Assembly: GCA_030390025.1 (NCBI GenBank)
Contig: CM059432.1
Span: 111,478,001 to 111,542,000, forward strand
DNA from: Squalus acanthias
Taxonomy: Eukaryota
Length of the DNA stretch: 64,000 bases
Direction of reading: 5' to 3'
Made by a program: the position numbers and the translations under genes. The notes under the pieces were generated by a model that was not told where the DNA came from, did no database searches, and worked only from the letters and a program-made list of their open reading frames with translations. Of the stretch, positions 11,743-25,894 are shown in pieces (positions within the stretch are counted from its first letter, which is position 1; the number at the start of each line of letters is the position of its first letter).

Positions 11743-13680
11743 TAACAACAACAACTTGCATTTATATAGCGCTTTTTAAAGTAGGAAAACGTCCCAAGGC
11801 GCCTCACAGGAGCGTTATTAAACACAATTTGACACCAAACCACAAAAGGAGATATTGCAACAGGTGCATTGTGAAGGAGGAGAGAGACGCAGTGAGGTTT
11901 AGGGAGGGAATTCCAGAGTTTGGGGCCAAGGCAGTTGAAGGCACGGCCGCCAATGGTGGAGCGAAGGGTATTGGGGATGTGCAAGCGGCCAGAATTGGAG
12001 GAGCACAGCTATGTCGGAGGGTTGTAGGGCTGGGGAAGGTTACAGAGATAGGGAGGGGTGAGGCCATAGAGGGATTTGAAAATAGAATCATAGAATGGTT
12101 ACAGCACAGAGGAGGCCATTCTGCCCGTCGAGCCCGTGCCGGCTCGCTGCAAGATCACTTCAGCTAGTCCCACTCCCCCACCCTTTCCCCGCAGCCCTGC
12201 AAAGTTTTTTCCTTCAGGTACTTATCCAATACCCTTTTGAAAGCCAAGATTGAGTCTGTCTCCACCACCCTTTCAGGCAGTGCATTCCAGATCATAACCA
12301 CTCGCTGCGTAAAAAAAAGTTTTTCCTCATGTCGCCTTTGGACCTTCTGCCAATCACCTTAAATCTGTGTCCTCTGGTTCTCGGCCCTTCTGCCAATGGG
12401 AACAGTTTCTCTCTATCTATTCTGTCCAGACCCCTCATGATTTTAAGGATGAGAATTTTATAATCGAACTGTTGCCGTGGGGACTGGGAACCAATGTAAT
12501 TCAGCGAGCACAGGTGTGATGGGTGAACGAGACTTGGTGCACGTTAGGATGTGGACCGCAGAGTTTTCGATGAGTTCAAGTTTACAGAGGGTGCAAGGTG
12601 GGAGGCCGGCCAGGAGAGCTTTGGAATAGTTGAATTTAGAGGTAACAAAGGCATGGATGAGGGTTTCAGCAGCAGATGAGCTGTGGCAGGAGCGGAGACA
12701 GGCCAAGCGGCCAGAATTGGAGGAGCACAGCGATGTCGGAGGGTTGTAGGGCTGGGAAGGTTACAGAGATAGGGAGGGGAAGTAGGCGGTCTTGGTGATG
12801 GGGAAGATATGGGGTCGGAAGCTCAGCTCAAGGTAAAATATGACACCAAGGCTGCGAACAGTCTGGTTCAGCCTCAGACAGTGGCCAGGGAGTCGGTGGC
12901 TAGGGAACAGAGTTTGTGGCGGGGACCGAAGACAGTGGCTTCGGACTTCCCAATATTTAATTGGAGGAAATTTCTGCTCATCCAATACTGGATGTCGGAC
13001 AAGCAGCGTGACAATCAGAGGCAGTGGAGGGGTCGAGCGAGCTGGTGGTGAGATAGAGCTGGGTGTTGTCAGCATACATGTGAAATCTGATGTATATTTT
13101 CGGATGATGTCGCCAAGGGGCAGCAGGTAGAAGAGAAATAGGAGGGGACCAAGGATAGATCCTTGGGGGACACCAGAGGTAATGGGGCGGGAGCGGGAAG
13201 ATAAGCCATTGCAGGTGATTCTCTGGCTATGACTGGATAGATAGGAATGGAACCAGGCGAGTGCAGTCCCACCCAGCTAGACAACGGGTTGGAGGAGGTT
13301 GGAGTGGTCAGCTGTGTCAGGGGCTGCAACAGGCCGAGAAGAGTGAGGAAGGATAGCTCACCATGGTCACCGTCACGTAGGATGTCATTTGTGACTTTGA
13401 TAAGTGCCGTTTCAGTGCTGTAGCAGAGACAGAAACCTGATTGGAGGGATTCAAACATGAAGTTCCAGGAAAGATGGGTACGGTTTTGAGAAGCGACAAC
13501 ATGTTCAAGGACTTTGGAGAGGAAAGGGAGGTTGTAGATGGGGCGGTACTCAGCAAGGACGGAGGGGTCAAGGGTGGGTTTTTGAGGAGGGGGGTGATGA
13601 CGGCATATTTGAATGGGAGGGGGACAGTACCCAAGTTCCATGAATAATATCAGCTAACATGGGGCCAGGAAATATAAATA
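11743..13680 (-). mobile_element. L2 LINE fragment with a nested CR1 3' end (~12080-12445)
   Basis: YRPIYNLPFLSKVLE, QSGF...STETAL and GGRAF...LWNSLP peptides; L2 tail GCGCTATATAAATGCAAG(TTG)n. Confidence 0.85.
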
Positions 13681-14329
13681 AGATAATTAATAAATGGACA
13701 AATGCAGTTCTGGTGGTAAGGTGCCAGCAGATACTGGGTTTAATGTTCACAAATACAGCTCCAGATTTCATAATTCATTCCATCAAAATTGTCATTAAGA
13801 TGAAATAACAGTCAGCATGCCGTGGGCTCCATTTAATGCTTGTTTCCCTATTTAGTAATTCGATTTCAAAACTATGGAGTTATCTTTGATATATTTTTCT
13901 CTAACATGACTTGATATGAGCTGTGTGACTTACGGCTCTCGTGAACAGAGAAAGCATATTAAGTAGAATGCCCAGAGCATGGCTCTTGTAATAATGTGGC
14001 CGTAGACAGCATCATCGAGATAAAAAGAAAACTGTGACTACTGAAAAATCTGAAGTAAATACAAAACCCCGGAAGTGCACACTAGCTAGGTCAGCATCTG
14101 AAAGTGAAGTTCCGATGGGATCCTTCATCAGCACCCCAAATGGGAAGGATTAGAGACTTTTCAAGCAGTTTTGGAAATTAGTGCAGAGTATTGCTGGTTG
14201 TATGCACGCTAGTACAAAGGAACTACTTCATTTTTACCCAGTTTAATTAATCAACTCTAGGTTGGCCCAGTGTCACCATGAGGGAAACATGCCCCTTGTA
14301 CGGAGGACAACTAACAGAACAATTTAAAC

Positions 14330-14610
14330 AAGTCTAATTTGAACAAAACCAAAAGAAAACATAATCTAAATCATAATATTATTACACTCCATTCCCTGTG
14401 GAAGACCCCAAGCGTATGTGGAAGACACCACATCTTCCCTCTCCAGGACCACCCGGGCACGGAAAAGACCACGGAAGAGAGGCAGGCAGCCAGAGCGACC
14501 ACCCCCACGGGCTGCCCCCTTCCTGAACCTGTGAATAGCCATCTTAGCCTGGTCCAGGAGCAGACCCACAAAATGATCCTCTGGCCCGCCCACTCCCTCC
14601 ATACCAGGTG
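14330..14610 (-). mobile_element. Tx1/L1-type LINE C-terminal fragment
   Basis: LLLDQAKMAIHR...CLPLFRGLFRARVVLE resembles the Tx1 ORF2 C-terminus; A-rich tail. Confidence 0.55.
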
Positions 14611-14956
14611 ACCAAAGGTCAGATGCTGACTGACCTGCTGTGTATTTCTAGCATTTTCTATTTCTAAGCCTTCCGAATTCCTTTTCGTTTACTTCATATG
14701 TCCTTGCTTAATATTCCATGTGCAGTGATGGAAAGAATAATGTCACCTATCTGGCATGATTCTGCAAAGATGTGGTAAATGGATGTCACAAATGCAATGC
14801 TCACAGAATTTATCTGATTGCTATTAAACTGTCCCATCTATCTTCAATGGAGACAGGTCAGTGGAGTTATACTGTACTCGGTGCTCTCACTGCTGAAATA
14901 CATCCTGGATCGGCAAGGCGACATTCATTTTAACCTAGTCTATCTCTATCCCACAG

Positions 14957-15031
14957 GGAGATTTCTGATCTCGTCCTCTTCGATCCAATCCCTGAAGAAG
15001 TGTTTCTGGAGGAAGTATGGCTGCAGTACTG
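14957..15031 (+). CDS. Exon B of the hydrolase-fold gene: (W)EISDLVLFDPIPEEVFLEEVWLQY(W)
   Basis: CCCACAG acceptor, GTAAGT donor, phase 2-2 matching exon A. LVLFDP resembles strand 6 (LVLxD). Confidence 0.85.
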
Positions 15032-15589
15032 GTAAGTAAATACAACCAGGATTTCAATTAGTATTTCTGCAGCACCTCTTTGTACTGAAACTTGAATGAG
15101 TTCTTTAATTAAGGCTACAGGTACAGTGAAAATAAGATGCAAGGTCTTCCTTTCTTTGTTCATCCATCATGTGAAAATGAACAAGCTATTATTTAAATAG
15201 GGTACGGGCAAGACAGGCTTTATGATGACTTTCACCCATTCTCCAGGAGTCGGCTTGTGCTTGGCTGCAATTCCACTGGTGCTGGCTGCCCTCTGGTACC
15301 TCGCTCAAGTGGCCATGTGTGGGCCGAGAGAGTGAACTTTAGGAGGTTGCTTAATCGTGCAGCATTACAGCTGAGGCCAATTATATTCTCATTGTTCATC
15401 CCCACACATGAACTGGATAGTAATCGGGAGTGGGAACCCTGGCTGATTCTTCTTTTCACCCAACCCATATCAGGTTACTGCGATCCCTACTACAACCCTG
15501 GCTGAGATCAGCCTGCATTTAAGGAGCAAGAAACAAACCCGAGACCTCCTGTTGGTTAGTCAACTAGTTGCTTTTGCACAATAACGTAG

Positions 15590-16800
15590 TAAAACATCGC
15601 AAGGCGCTACACAGCAGCGTGATCAGACAAAAATTGACTCCAAACTAAAGAAGGATGCGTGACTAAAAGCTTGGACACAAAGAGGTAGGTTTCAAGGAGA
15701 AGGGAGAGGCAGAGAGGTTCAGGGAGGGAATTCCAGACCTTGGGGCCTAGACGGCTGAAGGCACGGCCTCCGATGGTGGGGTGAAGGAAGTGGGGGGATG
15801 CACAGAAGGCCAAAGTTGGAGACACGCATTGTTCTTGGAAGGTCGTAGGGCTGGAAGAGGTTGGTAGAGGCAAGGCCATAGAATGATTTGAACACGAGTA
15901 TGAGAGTTTTAAAATCCAGGCATTTGTGAACCAAGAGCCAATGTCAGCGAGCACAGGGGTGATGGGTGAATGGGATTTGGTCTGAGTTAGGATAGCAGCA
16001 GCAGAGTTTTGGATGAGCTTAAGTTTACAGAGGGTGGAAGATGGGAGGCTAATCAGGAGTGCATTGGAATAATCGAGTCTGTAGGTAAAAAAAAAAATGC
16101 ATGGATGAGGATTACAGCAGCAGTTGTGCTGAGACGGGGTGGAGACGGGCGATATTATGCTGGTGTCTTTGTGATGGAGAGGATATGGCATCGTAAGCTC
16201 ATCTTAGGGTCAAATAGGACACTGAATTTGCAAGCAATTTTGTTCAGCTTGAGACAGTGGCCAGGGATGGAGTGGAATGGAATCGGTGACTAGTGAATGG
16301 AGTTTGTGGCAGGAGCCGAAGACACTGGATTTGGTCCTCCCAATGTTTAATTGGAGAAAATTTCAGCTCATCCAGTACTAGATGTCGGACAAGCAGTCTG
16401 ACAACACAGAGTCAGTGGACGGGTCGAGTGAGGTGGTGGTGAGGTAGAGCTGGGTGCCAGTATGCATATGGAACCTGATTACATGTCTTTGGATGTTGTC
16501 ACCAAGGTGCAGCATGTAGACAAGAAATAGGAGGGAGTCAAGGTTAGATCCTTGGGGGACTCTAAAGCTGATAGAGTGGGAAGAGAAACCATTGGCGATG
16601 ATTCTCTGGCTATGACTGGATAAGTAAGAGTGGAACCAGGCGATGCAGTCCCACTCAGCTAGACAATGGAGGAGTGGCGTTGGAGGAGGATGGTGTGGTC
16701 AACCTTGCTAAAGGCTGCAGACAGGTTGAGAAAGGATAGTGCGCCATTGTCACAATCACAGAGGATCTCACTTGTGACTTTAATTAGTGCCGTTTCAGTG
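15590..16800 (-). mobile_element. L2 LINE fragment
   Basis: RLDYSNALL...LIQNSAA...ITPVL; homologous to 12450-13400. Confidence 0.85.
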
Positions 16801-18969
16801 TTGGAACTTCAATGCGTTTAATTGGAGAGATATCTGGTAACAAATTCCCAGCTTCAGGTTTGGCTTTACCTGATTCCTCAACCAGTTTCAAGTATCATCA
16901 GCTTTATTTAATATGGACTTGGAGATCATAGAGATTTCACTACACATTTGTTGGTTTTGACAAAAGGTGATCTACATGAGTACAGATGCCAAAGTGCTTT
17001 GGGCTGGGAGACTCCCTCTTTAGAAAATTTCCCAAAAGAAGGAATCTGCCAATTGATATTGCTACAATGGCACAATCCATCCATACCTTAATATCTGTTT
17101 TGACTGTGAGTGGAGTATCATCTCTGTTACCTATATTGGTTTTGGGTGACAACATCTTGTACCACCAGTTGTCAAACTCCACCAACTCTGATGATTCCTC
17201 CATCTCAAGACAAGTCTTAATAAAATAAATTAGCTTTTATAGGACTCAATAACTGACTGCTCTAGTTTTCTGCATCTAAGGAGATATTCATTCTCTCCCT
17301 TGCAGTCTGGGCTTATTTTCTTTGAATATGATGTCTGGAGTTGAAGGTCCCTACCCCTGTCACAAGCCAGACTTTATCTAGACCGGGTGGACCTTGCCTT
17401 ATCTTTACGTTTCACTTTTCCTCAGCTATGTGAAACTCAACTGAGCTCTTTGTTAGTTTTCCCTGGCTGCAATTAGAGGCTGAGAAAGGATAGACTCCCT
17501 ATGGCCACAGAGGAGATCCTTTTCACATCATCTCTTTGTACTCGGAATATAAGAGAGGAATACACGAGTGTGGAAATGACAGCCTTATCACTAGCTGCAG
17601 CTTAAACATAGCACTGATATGGTTCAAATGATGCAACCCAATTTGAAGAGTTATAAGTTGACATATCGCTCAGCAATCAGCAACAATGATTTCATTTTGC
17701 GATATCCCAGTTGGTGGGTTTAATCCGAGAACAGTTGCTGCCTAAGTTGTATTCCTTGTGACTGACCATTTGTATTTCTGTATTCTGTTTACTTTGGATA
17801 TTGTAACTGATGGTAATTCCTGCTGATATGTTCATTATTCCTCATGTCTTTGTTTCTTTTAACAAACAGTAAACAGTGTTAATGTATTTAAGAATCTGCA
17901 TTAACTTAGTTCCTCTGTCTTAAAGTGTGCACTTTTCAACATTTCTGATCTGTATTCACAAGGAAAGAGCACTAATAAAAGTACATTCATTCCGCTCCCT
18001 TGTTTCAGACATGATTCTGTGACATTGTGACTGATAAATTCATGCTCTAGTCCAGACTGGCCATTAGTGAATCTGAGCTTGATAGGCATCCAAAGGATGG
18101 TGATCAATAATAAATCTGACAGGTGTCCAAAGCTTCAGCAGCATGTGTGATCCATTCACAATGCAGAAAAATAAAGTGATGCATAATTACAGGGTGGTGC
18201 TGGAGACCATCAGCAAATCAGTGTGGACTTACCGCAGTGTCTACCAATCATAACTTAAACTAAGGCAGTGGCACCATGAATCTGTCTACTATCTCAGTGC
18301 TGCACTGCTGATCTGCAGCCAGAAGCTACACACTTTGTGTTACTGCTGTGCGCATGATGAGGAAGATTATAATTGTTTTATTGCAGTAATCTTTGTGACA
18401 TTTTAAAAGCCACATCTCTTTCATCCTCTGTGTAAGTACTGGCTCGCTGATCCAGACAGACCCCTGCCACTTAAATAATTGGTTGAAATAATTATGTTAG
18501 CAACGTCTCATCGCAAAAAGTGCAGAGCCCACTTGATGTTGTGCTCTTGCCCTTTGTGTCATTGATATTGCCAGTAAGTGAATTGTACAGAGCTATAACC
18601 TTTGTTACGGCTCAGCATGTGTGAAGTTCATGCAGGGAAATTATGCCTGACCTGTGGATTTGTATTATATCGGAAAACTCTAGGAGTAAAACTAATTAGA
18701 AGTTTCCAGACCTTGGAATTCTAACTCAATGCAGGCTGAAAGGTCACTCCATTCTGCTACATCTTTATGTAACTCCAGTTGGATGATGCTTCTGCCATTA
18801 AAAATTGTGTGCAGCTCAGTCAAATGTCTTTAACTGGCTCAGCTAATACCTCATGTTAACCCTTATCCTGCTGAATTCACTGGGATGGGAAATTCCTCCT
18901 GTGTTACATTTACTCATGATAATTGATGATTACTTATGTCTAACTTGATCACTCATTAAAGAAGCTAAT

Positions 18970-21530
18970 TTTAAAAAAAATTCTTGGGCTATGGGCGTCG
19001 CTAGCATTTATTGCCCATCCCTAATTTCCCTGAGAAGGTAGTGGTGAGCCTTGAACCGCTGCAGTCCGTGTGGTGAAGGTACTCCCACAGTGCTGTTAGG
19101 GAGGGAGTTCCAGTATTTTGACCCAGCGACAATGAAGGATCGGCGATATACTTCTAAGTCAGGATGGTGTGTGACTTGGAGTGGAACTTGGAGGTGGTGG
19201 TGTTGCCATGTGCCTGCTGCCCTTGTCCTTCTAGGTGGTAGAGGTCGCAGGTTTGGAAGATGCTGTCGAAGAAGCCTTGGCGAGTTGCTGCAGTGCATCT
19301 TGTAGATGGTACACACTGCAGCCACGGTGCGCCGGTGGTGGAGGGCGTGCCAATCAAGTGGGCTGCTTTGTCCTGGATGGTGTTGAGCTTCTTGAGTGTT
19401 GTTGCAGCTGCACTCATCCAGGCAAGTGGAGAGTATTCCATCACACGATAGCAAAATACTGCAGATGCTGGAAATCCGAAATAACAACAGAAAACGCTGG
19501 AAAAACTCAGCAGGCCAGGCAGCATCCGTAGAGAGAGAAAGAGAGTTGACGTTTCAGGTCGATGACCTGAAACGTCAACTCTCTTTCTCTCTCTACGGAT
19601 GCTGCCTGGCCTGCTGAGTTTTTCCAGCGTTTTCTGTTGTTATTTAGTATTCCATCACACTCCTGATTTGTAAATTATAGGTGGTGGAGAGGCTTTGGTG
19701 AGTCAGGAGGTGAGATACTCACCGCAGAATACCCAGCCTCTGACCTGCTCTTGTTGCCACAGTATTTATGTGCCTGGTCCATTTGAGTTTCTGGTCAATG
19801 GCGAGCCCTCCAGAATGTTCATGCTGGGCGATTTGGCAATGGCAATGCCATTGAATGTCATGGGGAGGTGGTTAGACTCTCTTATTGGAGATGATCATTG
19901 CCTGACACTTATGCGGCACGAATGTTCCTTGCCACTTATCAGCCCAAGCCTGAATGTCGTCCAGGTCTTGTTGCATGCGGGCATGGACTGCTTCATTATC
20001 TGAGGAGTTGTGAATGGCACTGAACACTGTGCAATCATCAGCAAACATCCCCACTTCTGACCTTATGATGGAGAGAAGGTCATTGATGAAGCAGCTGAAG
20101 ATGGTTGGGCCTAGGACACTGCCCTGAGGAACTCCTGCAGCGATGCCCTGGGGCTGTGATGATTGACCTTCAACCACCACAACCATCTTCTTTTGTGCTA
20201 GGTATGACTCCAGCCAGCGGAGAATTTTCCCCCTGATTCCTATTAACTTCAGTTTTACTAGGGCTCCTTGATACCACACTCGGTCAAATGCTGCCTTGAT
20301 GTCCAGAGCTGTCATTCTCACCTCACCTCTGGAATTCAGCTCCTTTGTCCATGTTTGGACCAAGGCTATAATGAGGTCGGGAGTCGAGTGGTCCTGGTGG
20401 AATCCAAATTTGTCATTGGTGAGTAATTGTCAAATAATAGCATGGTTGACGACTCCTTCATCACTTTGCTGATAATTGAGAGTAGGTTGATGGGACGGTA
20501 ATTAGCCAGGTTGGATTTGTCCTACTTTTGTGGACGCGACATACCTGTGCAATTTACCAAATTGTTGTAGCTGTACTGGAATACCTTGGCTAGAGGCGCG
20601 GCTAGTTCTGGAGCACAAGTCTTCAGCACGACAGTTGGGATTTTGTCGGGGCCCATAGCCGTGGCTGTGTCCAGTACACTCAGGTGTTTCTCTATCACGT
20701 GGATTGAACCAAATTGGCTGAAGGCCGATAATGGATCATCCACTCAGCACTTCTGAATGAAGATGGTTGAGAACGCTTCAGCCTTTTCTTTTGCACTCAC
20801 TTGCTGGGCTCCGCCATCATTGAGGCTGTGTATGTGCATGGAGCCTGCTCCTCCCATTAGTTGCTTAATTGTCCACCACCATTCACGTCTGGATGTGGAA
20901 GGACTGCAGAGCTTTGATCTGATCCGTTGATTGTGGGATCGCTTAGCTCTGTCTATAGCATTCTATTTCCACTGTTTAGCATGTAGTCCTGTGTTACAGC
21001 TTCCCCAGGTTGGCACCTCATTTTCAGGTATGCCTGGTGCTGCTCCTGGGATGCACTTCTACAGTCCTCAATGAATTAGGGTTGGTCATCTAGCTTGATG
21101 GTGATGGAGGACTGAGGAAAATGCCAGGTTACAGATTGTGGTGGAATACAATTCTGCTGCTTCTGATGGCCCACAGTGCCTCATCAATGCCCAGTTTTGA
21201 GCTGCTAGATCTGTTCTGAATCTATCCCATTTACCATGGTGGTAATGCCACACGACACACTGGAGGATGTCCTTAGTGTGAAGACTGTGCGGTGGTCACT
21301 CCTACCAACACTTTCATGGCGAGATGCCTCACAATAGGTAGATTGGTGAGGACGAGGTCAAGTAGGTTATTTCCTTGTGTTGGTTCTCTCACCTTCTGCC
21401 ACAAGTCCAGTCTGGCAGCTATGGCCTTCAAAATTCTGTCCACTTGGTCAGTGGTAATTCTACCGAGCCACTCTTGGTAGTATCAGCACTGAGTGGGAAG
21501 TCTCCCACCCAGAGCGTATTCTGTGCCCTT
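18970..21530 (-). mobile_element. LINE family X, long fragment
   Basis: ORF 19872-20363 has ALDIKAAFD, GVPQGSVLGP and FADD. Confidence 0.9.
19445..19645. mobile_element. 200-bp hairpin Penelope insertion (family A terminus)
   Basis: Begins ACGATAGCAAAATAC as in the full element. Perfect inverted repeat centred on GAT at 19561-19563. TSD AGTATTCCATCAC at 19432-19444 and 19646-19658, inside a LINE. Confidence 0.9.
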
Positions 21531-22377
21531 GTTCATCTGTGTTGAAGGATATCTCCTTCGCACGTCAGGTCGTCTCCTCAGTCAATTTTAAACTATGTGT
21601 CGTAAGAATGAGCCTTACGCGTGGTGAACTTAAAGTAAGCTTTAATCAACTAAAAAAGGTGCTACATACAAAAGAGGTCTTACTCTATGCCTCTCCAGGA
21701 TCCAACTGATCAGTCCAGTATTTATCCTGGACTAATCACAGGAAGTGATGCAATAAAGTTCGAGTCACAGGAAGCTGTATTGTGTTACCACACTATGTAC
21801 CTGATGTAAAATTTCATGAGGCCAGGGCAATCAATGATGCAGAACACTCACTTGCATTCAAATCTTCTATTTTTGAAACTGAAGAGTTTTTTCTGGCGTT
21901 GGTTATTTTCAGTGGGTTGTTCTGAAATGAGCGTTCTGACCGCTGGCTCTGAATCTTCAAACTCAACTCGCCAAACTTTGAGATTTGACATCTCAAAACA
22001 AGCTTCTTTAAATAGTTATATTTTCCTTGGATTCTTTTTGAAGAATAAACCCCAAAAACTATTTGAGGAGGAATGCAGCTTGGGATTCGTAAACAGTATA
22101 AAAAAGAAAGGAAGAAGAAAATTAAAGTGACATCCACATTTGAAGTTTTGGATTTGATATTTTGTTCTTTAAGGCGCCAATTCAGTGTATTCAAATTTAA
22201 TGTTCCTGTGAAGCAGTTTTGACTTTGCATTGATGCCAAACTTGAGTATAGGTTGGGCGTCAAGAACCAAACTGACTGATGCGAAGTGGAGTGAGACTAC
22301 TTCTACAGGAAGTTTCAATCCAATATGCTCCAGTGTCAGCTCAGGCCCTGACTCAGGATTCAGGCTGTATTCACTGT

Positions 22378-23940
22378 GGGGGAGAAATTGGCTAACCCCC
22401 AAAAACAGGTGTGGGGATTGCGGTACGCTTTACATGGTTGCTGCGTGCAGCCAGCGCTACTGTTCATTGGCTGCACGCATCAACAGGGGGCCCGATATCG
22501 CGAGTGGCTAGCGCTACTTAAAGGCAGCCTGCACCTCTTAATGGGGAGGTGCATTGTGGCTGCAGGAAGTGGTGGGAGTCAATTGAAAACTGAATCTGTG
22601 CTGTGATATTTTGAGCAATGGCTGAGCATGTGGAACAGCGAGCACCAAGGTTTTCAGACACTGCACTGGAGGTCTTGGTGGAAGAGGTGGAAAGAAGGAT
22701 CGACGTCCTGTATCCATAGGGGGGCAGGAGGCCCTCCAGACACATGCTCAGGAGGCAGTGGGAACAAGTAGGTCAATGCCAGGAGTGTTGCTCCAAGAAC
22801 ATGGATGCAGTGCAGCAAGGAGTTTAACAATCTCACACAGGTTGTTAAGGTGAGTGAGTTCACTTTTAAATGGCATATCCTACCAACTGCATTACTAGCC
22901 TAATCTACTGCTCAATTCACCACACCCAGATCACCCACCTACCAACAATCTCTCTCAATCAGTACTCAATGCTTCAATTCATATGCTTCACCTCACCCTC
23001 ACACACTTAGCACTGTTGCAAGCCTCACACCTACATCTCACAGCTCGCACACACTGCCAGCTATTCAACCATGACAGCCACATCAGCCAAACATATTGCA
23101 GGACACTGACTGACACACTTCCCTCTCTCTTGCAGGAGAAGGTGGCACGTAACAGCAGGCAGCAGCAAAGAACTGGAGACAGTCCTGGTCATCATGGGAA
23201 GGGGCATCACTGAGGCCGTGGCAAATGGTGGGGCTGAAGCAATCGATGATGAGGATGTCTGCATACCTAATCCTCCTTCTCTCATCCCACTTCTCCCTCA
23301 TCCCACAATCTCTTCAGACTGAGAAGCTGCAGATGGTGTAAGCACGCACTTCTTACTTTCTACTCTATCCTCACCACAACCCAATCCTTGTCCCTTTTTC
23401 ATTTCCGATACCCATGAACTGGAGCCTTCCCGGTCATATGAAGGAAGAGGAAGAAGACAGTGAAGATGAAGAGACACCGTCACTTGGAGTAACACTTACA
23501 GCCACCGGCTCAGACACTGACACTGCGCATTTTTTAGAGGCTAGGACAGAGGAGGGATTTGCACATGGTGAAACACCGGGCACAAGTCCGCAGGAGCCAG
23601 GGTGGGGGGGAAAGGATGCCAGCTTGCCGGAGGGCGAAGTCACACACTAGCTCTGCTGCAGAGGAGCCAGATGAGGACTTCGATTGGCCAGGCTACAGAA
23701 GAAGGCTGATGGGTGAACACACCCAAATGCTTGGTGCATTGGAACGCATGCTAGAAAGCCAGCGCTCCATGTCAAGGAGCATGGAGGAGTCCAGCACTAC
23801 CTTGTCACGGGAGTTTGCGCAGATCTTGGAGCCCATCCTTTCCAACATGGAATGGGTGGTCACCTCCAACAGCATACCTGTGGAACCCACCATGATGCAG
23901 CGTCTGATGCCCGATGCCACAGCTTGCATTACGGCACAAA
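22378..23940 (+). mobile_element. Truncated Harbinger copy: TIR plus decayed Myb-like gene
   Basis: Starts GGGGGAGAAATT; region 22618-22850 is homologous to Myb exon 1 with a GTGAGT donor; similar to 700-1300. Confidence 0.75.
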
Positions 23941-24670
23941 CAAGCGAAAGTCTAACCATGGCCCCTTGACATTCAACGGCATTACCATCGTTGAATCCCC
24001 TGCCATCAACATCCTGGGGGTCACCATTGACTAGAAACTTAACTGGACCAGCCACATAAATACTGTGGCAACAAGAGCAGGTCAGAGGCTAGGTATTCTG
24101 CGGCGACTGACTCACTTTCTGACTCCCCAAAGCCTTTCCACTATCTACAAGGAACAAGTTAGGAGTGTGATGGAATACTCTCCACTTTCCTGGGTGAGTG
24201 CAGCTCCAACAACACTGAGGAAGCTCGACACCATTCAGGACAAAGCAGCCCGCTTGATTGGTGCCCCATCCACCACCTTAAACACGCACTTCCTCCACCA
24301 CCGGCGTACCGTGGCTGCAGTGTGTACCATCTACAAGATGCACTGCAGCAACTCACCAAGGCTTTTTCAACAACACCTCTCAAACCGGCAGCCACTACCA
24401 CCTAGAAGGACAAGGGCAGCAGGCGCATGAGAACACCATCACCAAGTTCCCCTCCAAGTCACACACCATCCTGACTTGGAAATATATCGCCGATCCTTCA
24501 TCGTCGTTGGGTCAAAATCCTGGAACTCCCTACCTAACAGCACTGTGGGAGTAGCTTCACCACACGGACTGCAGCGGTTCAAGAAGGCGGCTCACCACCA
24601 CCTTCTCAAGGGCAATTAGGGATGGGCTATAGCGACACCCACATCCCATAAACGAATAAAGAAAAAAAAA
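23940..24670 (+). mobile_element. LINE family X 3' portion
   Basis: Same peptide and tail as 4893-5755; poly(A) at 24661. Confidence 0.85.
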
Positions 24671-25755
24671 TACAGCAATCCTAATTTTACATAAAATTAC
24701 AGGCCGCTATGACCTCAACCCCTGTGATACAATGCAACATGGCTAGAGTGCTATGCAAAAAATTGCTGTATTCTTTTAGGATCGATTTTCATCATATTCT
24801 AAGTTGCTGGATGCTCCATAGATGGGGAGAATCTGGCCAGTTTACCAGTTAATGGTGGTGTGATCTCTGATTATATTTGACACTGAACCAGCAATTATCA
24901 AGAGAGTCATAATTTTGCTGATCATCATATGGATTGTAAGCATATCAGATGAGGCAGAGGAGTAAGAATATTACTTTAACACCAAAAGTAGTAGGTGGGA
25001 AATGAGAACATTGGAGAAAAAGGTAAAAGAGAGACATTGAGCTGAAGTTGCTGCAATGTTCAAAATCAAGTCTCAGTGAGACTCCTAGTCGCAATAAGTC
25101 TGCAGCTCAATTTGGCATCATATAGGCCCCTCATTTTGGTCACAAGCACAGCTGATTTGGTGACTGAAATATTAGTACTGGTTTGGACTCTTTTTCCCAC
25201 AATGCCTCTCACCCAGATGGCATCTCATGACATGACACTCGACATAACAATAGCAGGTTTGATGGCTGGTCTATGCTGAGTTTGATGGTCTTACCTGGGC
25301 AAAACATGGAAGTGCTACAATCAGCCTTGACCCCTTAGGCTTAGCCAGGGAGAAATGGACCAGGGTTCCTGTTCCTGATTCGGAACCAGTGGACCCCTGT
25401 GTGTGTGTGTAGACAGCAAATAAGGACAGAAGAGGATTTGTCTCTGTTGATTAGCAGTCATTGTTCAAGCACATGGATGGAAGAGCCAACTGGGTGATGT
25501 ACCTGAATGAAACTCGCAACCGTCCCTTGGTATGTGTTGCTGTGCCAGGAGAGAAGGGGTAAGGAGACAGTTGGAGTTGAAGAATAACAATGCATTGTTG
25601 AACAGAGGAGAGAAAAATTTGCCTTCCATTTAACCCATGTCATTACTAACTGCCAAAATTGGAAGAACAAGTTGTTCTCTGGCTCATCATTGATGTCCTC
25701 ATCACAATGAGTCTCAGTAAGATGCCTTTCTTTATCTTGTTTGCCTCTCTTCCAG

Positions 25756-25894
25756 GTATAAAGAACTGATCTCCTATCATCAGACACTGCAGTTCTCTGC
25801 TGCTATTGGTTTAAATAGAATCCTTTTAATCGCAGGGTTGATGCAGCCACCAGTCATGGGGGAGAATATTTCTGAGGATTTTATGAGGAGACAG
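25756..25894 (+). CDS. Exon C: (W)YKELISYHQTLQFSAAIGLNRILLIAGLMQPPVMGENISEDFMRRQ
   Basis: CTCTCTTCCAG acceptor, GTAAGC donor, phase 2-0, open frame continuing exon B. Confidence 0.8.

Noticed and set aside
21538..21792. Possible solo LTR (TG...CA)
   Set aside because: No matching TSD or second copy in the window.
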